This document shows positions 10,484 to 19,004 of a DNA stretch of 41,328 nt, one piece after another (within the stretch, counting starts at the first letter, position 1; every line of letters begins with the position of its first letter). The stretch covers positions 1-41,328 of the forward strand of contig JBFMGU010000074.1 in NCBI GenBank assembly GCA_040752415.1, in the 5' to 3' direction. Source of the DNA: Myxococcota bacterium. GTDB taxonomy: Bacteria > Myxococcota > JACRCW01. The notes beneath the pieces were generated by a model, which was not told the DNA's origin, searched no databases, and saw only the letters and a program-made list of their open reading frames with translations. The translations under genes and the position numbers were made by a program.

Positions 10484-10867
10484 ATGTCGCAGAAGAAGGC
10501 CGGCAAGGCCCCCGCGTTCCAGTGGCCGGATGACCTGGCGCTCACCGTGCTGGAGACGCACCGCGGTCGTTCTCCGACGTGGTGGCTGGCGCTGCAGGGC
10601 TTTGTGAACGAGCTGCCGCCGGGACCGCGCGCGTTCTGGAACACCGTGCTCACCAACCGCATCATCCCGGTGGACCCCAAGGTCACCGACGCCATCCTCT
10701 CCGACGCGCAGGGCTGGCCCGGCTGGATGGATGACGCGCCGCCGCTGGAGGTGCGCACGTTGAACGCGGGCGAAGTGCGAACGCTGGCCGCGCGTTTCCA
10801 GGCGGAAGGACAACACGCCGTAGTGGCGGCGCTGCAGGACATGGCGCGTCGACTGCGCGGACGTTAG
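10484..10867 (+). CDS. Hypothetical protein (127 aa)
   Basis: GAGGAG RBS before ATG 10484; host-like codon usage; fills the gap between mutL and arsM. Confidence 0.75.
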   Translation: MSQKKAGKAPAFQWPDDLALTVLETHRGRSPTWWLALQGFVNELPPGPRAFWNTVLTNRIIPVDPKVTDAILSDAQGWPGWMDDAPPLEVRTLNAGEVRTLAARFQAEGQHAVVAALQDMARRLRGR

Positions 10868-10894
10868 ACGGGATTCCCACAGGAGAATGGAACG

Positions 10895-11863
10895 ATGAGC
10901 TACCAGGACGTCGTGGACGAGGTGTACGCGGAGGCGGCGCGCACCGCGCAACCCAAGCTGTGCTGCACACAGACCCCGCCGTGGAAGCTGCCTGGCTTGA
11001 AGGTCCCCAAGGCCATGCTGGAGCGGAACTACGGCTGCGGCTCCACGGTCAACCCGCGCGACCTCTCCGACGTGGAGCGCGTCCTCTACGTGGGCGTGGG
11101 CGCGGGAATGGAGGCGCTGCAGCTCTCCTACTTCGTGCGGCGGCCGGGGGGCGTGGTGGCGGTGGACAAGGTCGACGCGATGCTTCAGACCGCCGCGACG
11201 CTGCTCCAGGAAGCCGCGGGAGTGAACCCCTGGTTTGACCCCTCCTTCGTCGAGCTGCGGCGAGGCGACGCGCTGGAGTTGCCGGTGGCCAACGCGACGA
11301 TGGACGTGGCGGCGCAGAACTGCCTGTTCAACATCTTCACGCGTGAGCACCTGGACCGCGCGCTGGCGGAGATGCACCGCGTGCTGAAGCCGCGCGGCAA
11401 GCTGATGCTCAGCGACCCGGTCTCCACCCGCCCCATCCCCGCGCACCTTGCCAATGACGCCCGCCTGCGCGCGGAGTGCCTCTCCGGTGCCTTGCCGCTC
11501 GACGAGTACCTGGCCGCGGTGGTGCGCGCGGGGTTCGGCACCGTCGAGGTGCGGTCGCGTCGGCCCTACCGTGTGCTGGACCGGCAGCGGCATGGTCTCG
11601 ACGAGCACCTGCTGCTGGAAGCGGTGGAGGTGGTGGCCATCAAGGATCCCATCCCCGCCGACGGGCCGTGCATCTTCACCGGCCGTACCGCCACCTACGT
11701 GGGCCCCGAGGACTGTTTTGACGACGGGAAGGGCCACGTGCTGCTGCGCGACATCCCGCTGGGCGTCTGCGACAAGACCGCCGGCGCGCTCGGCCGCCTG
11801 GGCCGGGAGGACATCGTGCTGACGGCGTCCACGTGGCACTACTCCGGTGACGGCTGCTGCTGA
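10895..11863 (+). CDS. arsM: Arsenite S-adenosylmethionine methyltransferase, ArsM-like (resembles the arsenosugar-pathway type)
   Basis: N-terminal LCC, NYGCG, SAM-binding motif VLYVGVGAG, QNCLFN, AECLSGA, GPCIFTG, C-terminal HYSGDGCC. Confidence 0.85.
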   Translation: MSYQDVVDEVYAEAARTAQPKLCCTQTPPWKLPGLKVPKAMLERNYGCGSTVNPRDLSDVERVLYVGVGAGMEALQLSYFVRRPGGVVAVDKVDAMLQTAATLLQEAAGVNPWFDPSFVELRRGDALELPVANATMDVAAQNCLFNIFTREHLDRALAEMHRVLKPRGKLMLSDPVSTRPIPAHLANDARLRAECLSGALPLDEYLAAVVRAGFGTVEVRSRRPYRVLDRQRHGLDEHLLLEAVEVVAIKDPIPADGPCIFTGRTATYVGPEDCFDDGKGHVLLRDIPLGVCDKTAGALGRLGREDIVLTASTWHYSGDGCC

Positions 11864-11908
11864 CGACGGTGGGGCCCACCCCCGGGACGCACAGTAACGC
11901 CGCGTTCA

Positions 11909-12014
11909 GGAGATGTGCCGCGCTGTTGTGTTCGCTGAGCATTGCGCGGCACGGGAACAACGAAGCCTTGTGCCGCGACCTGGCGGAATGACCCCCTGGG
12001 CGCGGCACATCTAC
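11909..12014. repeat. REP-doublet-like palindromic element
   Basis: Four alternating copies of GTGCCGCG(C) at about 11915, 11944, 11970 and 12000. Outer IR is AGATGTGCCGCGC (11911-11923)/GCGCGGCACATCT (12000-12012). The right unit reads GTAG-AT-GTGCCGCGC on the minus strand. Confidence 0.7.
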
Positions 12015-12038
12015 GCCTCCCCACGCCGTGGGGGAGGC
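12015..12038. terminator. GC-rich hairpin, possible terminator of the ltaE-mutL-arsM transcript
   Basis: GCCTCCCCAC/GTGGGGGAGGC stem with one bulge; no clear U-tract. Confidence 0.3.
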
Positions 12039-12424
12039 CCGCCGCCGTCGTTGTGAAAACGGGGAACGCACTGAGGCGGCGGGGTGGGGGGGCCGAAGCT
12101 GCACTCCCTCTTGCGCCACCAACGCTCCACCCCGCGCATCCGGGTGCAGCCCCGGCTGCCGGTGCGCCGGTCAATCCGTTGAGTTCCGCCGTGACCAGGT
12201 GCGCCACACCGGGCCTGGCCGGACGCGCTGCACGGTCAGTCGGAGACGCAGACTCCGCCGCCCACAAGGCCGCGCGCGGAGTGACGAGGTGGGTGGCGAC
12301 GTGGGGCTCGGTCGGTTGCCCGAGTGATCCCGACATCGGTCGGCTGGCGGTCGGTGTGCGGGGCAACGCCACGACGGAGCGAGCGGATATGCCAGGCAAC
12401 ACTCCTCGCGCCTGGGGAAACGCC

Positions 12425-13750
12425 ATGTCGGATCTCTCGATTTCCACCCGTCCACCGCCGCCACCTCCTCCGCCTCCGCCGCCCCCGCCGCCGCCCGCGC
12501 CGCCTGTCTCCGGCGCCACGGGCACCAGCACGGTGGGCACGGAGATGGCCCCGCAGGCGCCGATCACGCAGGCGCCGGGTACGGACCAGGGACCGTCCGA
12601 GCAGACGCGCGCGCCGGTGGACGCGCAGGTGCAGGCCGGTGCCCGCGAGGTGCACGCGCAGCGCGGCAATGACCTGCAGCAACGGCTCAACACCCAGCTG
12701 GACCGCCAGCGTGACGACGCGCAGAACCGCGTGGAGGAGACACGCGCCGCGGAGCGCAGTACCGCCACGACGACGGAGCAGCCGGCCCAGACCGCGCAGT
12801 CCGACACGACGCCGCAGCAGCCGGCGCAGACGCAGCAGCAGCCCTCGCCGACCACCACGTCGGACAATGAGCGCCAGGCGTCACCCACGGGTGTCACGGT
12901 GGGTCGGGAGCGCAACCGCGAGGACTCGCGTGAGCGGGTGACCCAGCGCTCCAGCGACGGAAACCGGGTGGAATCCCGCGCGGAGACCATCAATGGTCAG
13001 CGCGTCGAGCGTCGCACCACGGAGGGACCGGGCGGCGCCACGCGCACCACCGCCACCACCACGCCCAACGGCCGCACCCTCACGCGTGACGACTCCACGG
13101 GCCGCTTCACCCGTCGTCACCAGGAGCTGTCACGTCCGTCTTCCGTGGCGCAGCCCACCGGCGCACCCGACCTGGCCCGCGTGCAGCTGGGGCCCGACCA
13201 GCCGCTGGCGCGCGGCGGCACCATCGTGGGCGGCGTGACGACGCAGGGAGAGTTGCGTGGTCCCCGCGGAGAAGCCGCGCTGCAAGGTGCCGCGGACGTT
13301 GATCCGCAGGCGCGACGGGTGAACATCCAGGGTCGCGCCGAGGTGGGAGGTGAGATCCTGGGCGGCCGCGCGGAGGCGCGCACCGAGACGCCGCTGGGAC
13401 AGGCGCGGGGTCAGGTGGAGGCGCGCGTGGGCGGCGACGCGGCGCTTGGCGGCGGGGTGCAGGTGGACCCGCGTGGCAACGTGAGCGCGCGCCTGGGTGG
13501 GGAGGCGTTCCTGGGCGGAGAAGCCCGGGCCAACGCGTCCTTGCTGGGACGCTTCGGTGGCGTCGAGGCGGAGGTGCGCGGCCAGGTGGGCCTGGGCGGC
13601 GCGGCGGGCGCGGGCGTGGAGCTGCGCAACGGTCGGCTCACGGTGGGCCTGGACCTCGGCGCCACGGTGGGCCTGGGCGGCCGCGCGCGCGTGCGCGCCA
13701 GCGTGGACTTCCGCGAGATTGGCAACTGGATGATGAGCTGGTTCCGCTGA
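12425..13750 (+). CDS. Hypothetical protein: poly-Pro/Gln/Thr low-complexity N-terminus and Gly-rich beta-repeat C-terminus
   Basis: MSDLSISTRPPPPPPPP...; C-terminal alternating G/A/V strands (LGGEAFLGGEARA...GLDLGATVGLGG); host-like codon usage from 12425; no Sec signal peptide. Confidence 0.75.
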   Translation: MSDLSISTRPPPPPPPPPPPPPPPAPPVSGATGTSTVGTEMAPQAPITQAPGTDQGPSEQTRAPVDAQVQAGAREVHAQRGNDLQQRLNTQLDRQRDDAQNRVEETRAAERSTATTTEQPAQTAQSDTTPQQPAQTQQQPSPTTTSDNERQASPTGVTVGRERNREDSRERVTQRSSDGNRVESRAETINGQRVERRTTEGPGGATRTTATTTPNGRTLTRDDSTGRFTRRHQELSRPSSVAQPTGAPDLARVQLGPDQPLARGGTIVGGVTTQGELRGPRGEAALQGAADVDPQARRVNIQGRAEVGGEILGGRAEARTETPLGQARGQVEARVGGDAALGGGVQVDPRGNVSARLGGEAFLGGEARANASLLGRFGGVEAEVRGQVGLGGAAGAGVELRNGRLTVGLDLGATVGLGGRARVRASVDFREIGNWMMSWFR

Positions 13751-13767
13751 CCGAGTGCCCCTCGACG

Positions 13768-14265
13768 TCACGCCTGCTTCTTCTTCCCATACGGCGTCTT
13801 GCCCCACGGTTTGTACACCGAGAGCACCGTGGCGGTGAGCAGGATGAGCAGTCCTCCCGCGGCGTGCACCACGAGGTGCTTGCGCATCTCGACGTGGTCG
13901 GTGGGAGCCAGCGTCGTCGCGGCGGCGATGCCCGCCATCTGGCTCACGCTCCGCATGTGCATCAGCAGGATGGTGGTCCCGAACAGCGTCAGCCCCAGCT
14001 TGGTGATGACCCAGTAGTAACGGAACAGTCCCCAGTCCGTGCCGAGGGACTGCAGCAGTCCGGTGGCCAACGCCACGAGGCTGCACGGAACAATGACGTA
14101 CCAGCCGATGAGCTCCAGGCAGAGATAGGCCGCGCGCACCAGCTGGGCATCCTGTCCCTTCAGCCCGGTGACGACGAGCACCAGGTAGGCCAGCACGGCG
14201 CCGAGCCAGCCGACCGAGGACGTGACATGCGCGGTGAGCACAAACCTGCGAAGGCGGTGGGACAT
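13768..14265 (-). CDS. Four-TM membrane protein (DUF2269-like)
   Basis: LTAHVTSSVGWLG, TGLLQSLGTDWGLFRYYWVITKL, LSVYKPWG. Confidence 0.8.
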   Translation of the reverse strand: MSHRLRRFVLTAHVTSSVGWLGAVLAYLVLVVTGLKGQDAQLVRAAYLCLELIGWYVIVPCSLVALATGLLQSLGTDWGLFRYYWVITKLGLTLFGTTILLMHMRSVSQMAGIAAATTLAPTDHVEMRKHLVVHAAGGLLILLTATVLSVYKPWGKTPYGKKKQA

Positions 14266-14322
14266 GGCGCGGCACCTTAGCATTCCTTCGCGGAAACGCC
14301 GCGCGGTGCTACACCTGCTCGC

Positions 14323-15705
14323 GTGAGTGAACCGCGGCCGTCTCCCGGCACCATCACCTTCACCGTCCTGGGCATCCCGGTGCAGGTGCTGCCCTCGTTC
14401 TGGATCATCACCTTGATGATGTCGTCGGGGCGGATGCAGGAGCTCTTGCTCGTGGCGGAGTGGGCGGCGGTCAGCCTGGTGAGCATCCTGGTCCATGAGC
14501 TGGGCCACGCGCTGGTGGCGCGGAGCTACCGGAGGACCACGCGCATTGAGCTGCACGGCATGGGCGGGACCGCGTTCCACAGCGGTGACGTCGAGCTGAA
14601 GCCGCTCCAGCGCATTGCCATCTCGCTGGCGGGCCCGGGCGCGGGGCTCCTGTTCGGTGCCGTGGCGTACGCGCTCTGGGTGTCTCCGTTGGAGCGCTCG
14701 TCGCTGATGCAGCAGGCGCTGCGGGACGCGTTGTGGATCAACTGGGGCTGGGGCGTCCTCAACCTGCTTCCCATCCTTCCGCTCGACGGTGGCCACGTCA
14801 TGCAGGAAGTGGTCAACCTCATCTCCCGTCGACCGAATGAGCGCGCGGGGGTGCTCATCTCCCTGGTGGGGGCGGTGGGGCTGCTGGCGGCGGGCCTCAT
14901 GTGGGGGAAGTCCAGCGCGTTGGTGCTGCTGGCGTGGATTGCCGTGCACCAGCTGGGACGGGCCACGGTGATCTACCAGGAGTGGCGTGACGAGGCGCTC
15001 ACCGATGATCTCCAGCGGCTCACCCGCGCGCTCGCGGCGGGTGACGGCGCAACGCTCGTCGCCGAGGGACCGAAGGTGTTGGCGTCCGCGCGCAGTCCGC
15101 GCGTGCGTGCCACGGCGACGCAGATGCTGGCGTGGGGCCACGCCATGCTCGAGCGCTACCGGGACGCGGCCGAGGTGCTGCGACAGTTCCCGCCGGGCTT
15201 CCACGTCGACCCCAACCTGCTCACGCTCCTGGCCGCCCGCGCACAGCCGCCGGAACAGGTGCTTCCCGTCGTCACGGAGCTGTGGAGTCGGGTGCCGGAC
15301 GTGATGGTGGGCCGGTGGTTGGTGGAGCTGTTGGTGCGGACGGGAGGCGTGGACCGGGCGCTGGAGCTGGTCATGACCGCGCCGCGCGCGCTGATCGATC
15401 AGCAGGCCATGTTCACCGTCGACGAGGCGTTGTTCCGCGCCGGGCGCTACCACGAGTCGCTGCGCGTCAACGAGGAGATGTTCGCGCGTTTCCAGGCTTC
15501 CAGCGCGGCGTACAACGCGGCGTGTGCACACTCCCGCCTGGGCAACACCGAGGCGGCCCTGACGTGGTTGGAGCGCGCCGTGGCGGCCGGTTCCTCCAAC
15601 CCGCACGAGCTGGAGCACGACGAGGACCTGGCGCCGCTGCGCCTCCATCCGCGGTTCCAGGCGTTGCTGGCGCGGGTGCGGGAGCGCGCGGTGGCGGCGG
15701 GATGA
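14323..15705 (+). CDS. Site-2 protease (peptidase M50) with C-terminal TPR-like domain
   Basis: HELGH zinc motif, ISLAGP, NLLPILPLDGG, several TM helices; AAYNAACAHSRLG...LERAVAAG TPR-like end. Confidence 0.92.
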   Translation: MSEPRPSPGTITFTVLGIPVQVLPSFWIITLMMSSGRMQELLLVAEWAAVSLVSILVHELGHALVARSYRRTTRIELHGMGGTAFHSGDVELKPLQRIAISLAGPGAGLLFGAVAYALWVSPLERSSLMQQALRDALWINWGWGVLNLLPILPLDGGHVMQEVVNLISRRPNERAGVLISLVGAVGLLAAGLMWGKSSALVLLAWIAVHQLGRATVIYQEWRDEALTDDLQRLTRALAAGDGATLVAEGPKVLASARSPRVRATATQMLAWGHAMLERYRDAAEVLRQFPPGFHVDPNLLTLLAARAQPPEQVLPVVTELWSRVPDVMVGRWLVELLVRTGGVDRALELVMTAPRALIDQQAMFTVDEALFRAGRYHESLRVNEEMFARFQASSAAYNAACAHSRLGNTEAALTWLERAVAAGSSNPHELEHDEDLAPLRLHPRFQALLARVRERAVAAG

Positions 15706-15739
15706 AGGATTCGCCAGCTCGGATTACGCTGCCGCCCGC

Positions 15740-16336
15740 ATGAAGCGACTGTTCCTGCTCTCTCCCGCCAGCTGCAGTGGTGCCCGCGCGCAGATGGTGA
15801 TGCGTCGTGAAGCGGCCTTTCCTCTCGCCGAGCGGCTCCGCACCGGCGGGGCGCCGATTGGCGAAGTGTTCGCGTTCATGAGCGGCCTGTATTTCCGGGG
15901 CAAGATCACCTACGCGCGCGCTTTCGGTGAAGCGCTGATCATCACCACCAACCGCGGGCTGCTCGCGCCCGACGTGGTGATCACGGTCAAGGACCTCAAG
16001 GCCATGGCCACCGGCGACATCGACTCCGCGGATCCCGGCTACCGCAAGCCCCTGCTGCGTGACCTCACCCGCGCCATCTCCGCGCGCGCTCCCGACGAGG
16101 GGGTGGTGCTCCTGGGCAGCATTGCCACCGGCAAGTACGTGGACGTGATCACGGAGGTGCTGGGCCAGCGGCTGCTGTTCCCGTCGGAGTTCGTGGGTCG
16201 GGGAGACATGAGCCGCGGCGGGCTGATGTTGCGCTGCGCGGAGGCGGGCACGGAGCTGACCTATGTGCCGGTGCTGGGCGCGGTGCGACACGGCGCGCGG
16301 CCGCCAAGACTGGAGCCCAAGGCGCAGCGTCGGTAG
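15740..16336 (+). CDS. Conserved hypothetical protein
   Basis: Globular-looking 198-aa protein: LLSPASCSG, FMSGLYFRGK, VVLLGSIATGKYVD, FVGRGDMSRGGLML; strong host codon bias. Confidence 0.8.
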   Translation: MKRLFLLSPASCSGARAQMVMRREAAFPLAERLRTGGAPIGEVFAFMSGLYFRGKITYARAFGEALIITTNRGLLAPDVVITVKDLKAMATGDIDSADPGYRKPLLRDLTRAISARAPDEGVVLLGSIATGKYVDVITEVLGQRLLFPSEFVGRGDMSRGGLMLRCAEAGTELTYVPVLGAVRHGARPPRLEPKAQRR

Positions 16337-16399
16337 GACCCGTGTCCATGGGCTGACGGCCGACGCCGGCGAAGTCACCGTGCCACTCCCAACACGACC

Positions 16400-17398
16400 T
16401 CAGAATGACGCTGGTGTGACGACGCAGCCGCGTTCCCGCAGCAGTTGAATGTCGTCGTTGTCGTCGGAGCTCAGCAGGGTTCCGTTCAAGATCACCTGGG
16501 TGCCGTCCGGGCACTGGAACCCCAAGGCGAAGCCGTGAATGTCGGAGATGGGATTCCGGGAGGCATTGAGTGAGGTGAGCAACATCCTGTTGAGCGGCGC
16601 GAGGTTCTCGACGAGGTTTTCCGACACATCCAGGTTGCGGAGGCTGTTGAAGCCCTCGAGGCCTTGCAGCTCCCGGATGCCGCGTCCAATACACGACAGG
16701 GTCTCAAGCGGGGCGGTGTTTCCATCCACCACGATGCAACACTCGGGCGGAGGGCCAGCATCCTCGGGGGGACTGGCATCCATCCCCAGTTCACCCGAGG
16801 AGGATCCCGTCGCGCACGGCGCAAGACGCGTCTCCCTGCCCGCAGACTCCGCCACACAGCGGCAAAGTGCGTGGTCCTCCACGACCACATCCGGCGATTC
16901 CTGGCTCTTGTTGTGCACCACCACGCCGTCAGCAATGAACGTGTGCTCCGGTCCCTCCACCGTGAGCTCATAGACCCATTCCGGGACCAGCCACGCGTGC
17001 TCGTCGTGCACGTCCCGGAGTGCCACCGGCCCCTCAGCCGTGAGCAGGACGTGCCCGGTCACCAGGTCGGCTGCTTCCAGCCACGCCTTTTCGGACGGCA
17101 GGAAGAACGGGTGACTGCCGGTGACCCCGTGCATTCGTCCCAGCGACGTGACCGGGTGGCGGAGATCAAAGGACCAGCTGCGACGGACCGCTTGCACCCG
17201 CCTCAACACCCGGGTCCCGTCGCCAACCCTGATGGACCACACGGCGTCGCCCACGCGCAGCGAATCCATTCGACGCGGACCTTCCGGGGTCTCCACCAGC
17301 GCGTCGCCCGTGAAGCAGCCCAGGAAGAAGAAGGGGAGGCAACGCCAGCACGCCACAGCCACAAGGACCAGCATCAGGATTCGAAGGGAGCGCATCAT
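16400..17398 (-). CDS. Exported Hint (intein-like) domain protein with C-terminal leucine-rich repeats
   Basis: Signal-like N-terminus; Hint block A CFTGDALVETPEG, block B VTGSHPFF, terminal VYELTV...VVHN; then LxxLxxLxLxxN repeats (LRNLDVSENLVENLAPL). Confidence 0.85.
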   Translation of the reverse strand: MMRSLRILMLVLVAVACWRCLPFFFLGCFTGDALVETPEGPRRMDSLRVGDAVWSIRVGDGTRVLRRVQAVRRSWSFDLRHPVTSLGRMHGVTGSHPFFLPSEKAWLEAADLVTGHVLLTAEGPVALRDVHDEHAWLVPEWVYELTVEGPEHTFIADGVVVHNKSQESPDVVVEDHALCRCVAESAGRETRLAPCATGSSSGELGMDASPPEDAGPPPECCIVVDGNTAPLETLSCIGRGIRELQGLEGFNSLRNLDVSENLVENLAPLNRMLLTSLNASRNPISDIHGFALGFQCPDGTQVILNGTLLSSDDNDDIQLLRERGCVVTPASF

Positions 17399-17669
17399 TC
17401 GCCTCGCTTCGCGTTGTCATAGCCGGGCCCCCACGCCCCCACCACGTGCAACGCCGCCTCAAGCGCACTCGTGATTCACGCACCCCGCGCGCGCCGCCCC
17501 GCCGGCCCCTGCGCACCGATTCCGCTCCGGAGGCACGGACCCCATCCCGTGGCAGCGACGGGCGCGCTTACGCCAACGCCCGCGGGTGACCCGCGCCCGA
17601 CGTGGGGTAGGATCCGTTTTCACCCAGACGTCACGCGGGAAACCCCCAGCCGCGCGACAAGGTGCTGAC

Positions 17670-19001
17670 ATGGCAACGAAGCGAGTGGAAGTCCTGCAGG
17701 TTGCCGGCATCGACGTCACCGTCACCAATCCCGACAAGATCTATTTTCCCGAGCGGGGCTACACCAAGCTCCAACTGGTCCAGTACTACCTGCAGGTCGC
17801 CGAGGGAGCGCTGCGCGGCGTGCGCGGCCGGCCCATGGCGCTCAAGCGTTTCGTGAATGGTGTTGGGCAGCCGGCGTTCTTCCAGAAGCGTGCCCCGGAG
17901 CCGCGCCCGCCGTGGGTGGACGCGGTGGAGCTGCATTTCCCGTCGGGGCGCACGGCCACGGAGATCGTGATCAACAACGCGGCGCAGCTGGCGTGGGTGG
18001 TGAACCTGGGCTGCGTGGACCTCAATCCACACCCGGTGCGCTTTGATGACCTGCACCACCCCGACGAGCTGCGCATTGATCTCGACCCCGTGCCGGGCAC
18101 GCCCTGGTCGCAGATCCGTGACGTGGCGCAGGTGGTGCGCAGCGTGCTCTCCGACCATGGCCTGGTGGGATGGCCCAAGACCAGCGGGTCGCGCGGCATC
18201 CACGTCAACGTGCGCATTGAGCGCAAGTGGGGTTTTGACGACGTCAGGAAGGCGGCGTTGACGGTGGCGCGGGAGGTGGAACGGCGGGCTCCCACGCTGG
18301 CCACGAGCAAGTGGTGGAAGGAGGAACGGCACGGCGTGTTCCTGGATTACAACCAGAACGCCAAGGATCGCACGGTGGCGTCGGCGTATTCGGTGCGGCC
18401 GTTGCAGGATGCCCGCGTCTCGGCGCCGCTGCTGTGGGAGGAGGTCGCGGACTGCCAGGCCGAGGACTTCACGATCCTCACCGTCCCCGAGCGCTTCCAG
18501 AAGCTGGGCGACCCGAGCGCGGGCATGGATGAAGCGGTGTGCTCGCTCGACGCCATCCTGGAAACCGCACGTCGCCACGAGGCGGAGGGCCTGGGGGATG
18601 CGCCGTGGCCGCCCCACTACCGCAAGCAGGCGGGTGAGCCCGCGCGGGTGCAACCGTCCAAGCGCAAGAAGGCCTCGAGCAAGCCGGAAGGTGAAAGAGC
18701 CGAGTCCCCCACCGGACGACGACGCAGCACCCAGCCGCTCATCATCATCTCCCGCGCCGAGAAGCAGGAGGACGCGCTGGCGGGCCTGGAGCGATGGAAG
18801 GCGAAGTACCCCGAAGTTGCAGGCCTGCTGCAGCCCGCGGACATCCTGGTGGATTCCATGCGCGGCCGGTCCTCGACATGGACGCGGGTGCGCGTGAACC
18901 TGCGCCATGTGCCCGTGGAGCAGCGTCCGCCGCAGGAGACGGTGGAGCCGGACTACGACCCGTGGGCGGCCTACCGCATGGCCATGGCCAACGAGAAATG
19001 A
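17670..19001 (+). CDS. LigD polymerase-like primase-polymerase (stand-alone, Prim-PolC type) with C-terminal extension
   Basis: TNPDKIYFP, KRFVNG..FFQKR, DELRIDLDP, KTSGSRGIH, FLDYNQNAKDRTVASAYSVRP, GEPARVQPSK. Confidence 0.92.
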   Translation: MATKRVEVLQVAGIDVTVTNPDKIYFPERGYTKLQLVQYYLQVAEGALRGVRGRPMALKRFVNGVGQPAFFQKRAPEPRPPWVDAVELHFPSGRTATEIVINNAAQLAWVVNLGCVDLNPHPVRFDDLHHPDELRIDLDPVPGTPWSQIRDVAQVVRSVLSDHGLVGWPKTSGSRGIHVNVRIERKWGFDDVRKAALTVAREVERRAPTLATSKWWKEERHGVFLDYNQNAKDRTVASAYSVRPLQDARVSAPLLWEEVADCQAEDFTILTVPERFQKLGDPSAGMDEAVCSLDAILETARRHEAEGLGDAPWPPHYRKQAGEPARVQPSKRKKASSKPEGERAESPTGRRRSTQPLIIISRAEKQEDALAGLERWKAKYPEVAGLLQPADILVDSMRGRSSTWTRVRVNLRHVPVEQRPPQETVEPDYDPWAAYRMAMANEK

Positions 19002-19004
19002 AGG

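Noticed and set aside
168..10842. Very long opposite-strand ORFs (168..3056 +, 2947..5679 -, 6790..10842 -; likewise 23906..25828 + and 25832..27586 +)
   Set aside because: Shadow frames of well-supported genes; stop codons are scarce in high-GC DNA and the translations carry no motifs.
11942..12424. Upstream extension of the 12425 ORF to 11942
   Set aside because: It crosses the palindromic element, lacks host codon bias and reads like translated intergenic DNA.
16910..17317. Mobile intein with homing endonuclease
   Set aside because: Only 136 aa, no LAGLIDADG/HNH insert, +1 residue is Lys, and it does not interrupt a conserved host protein.
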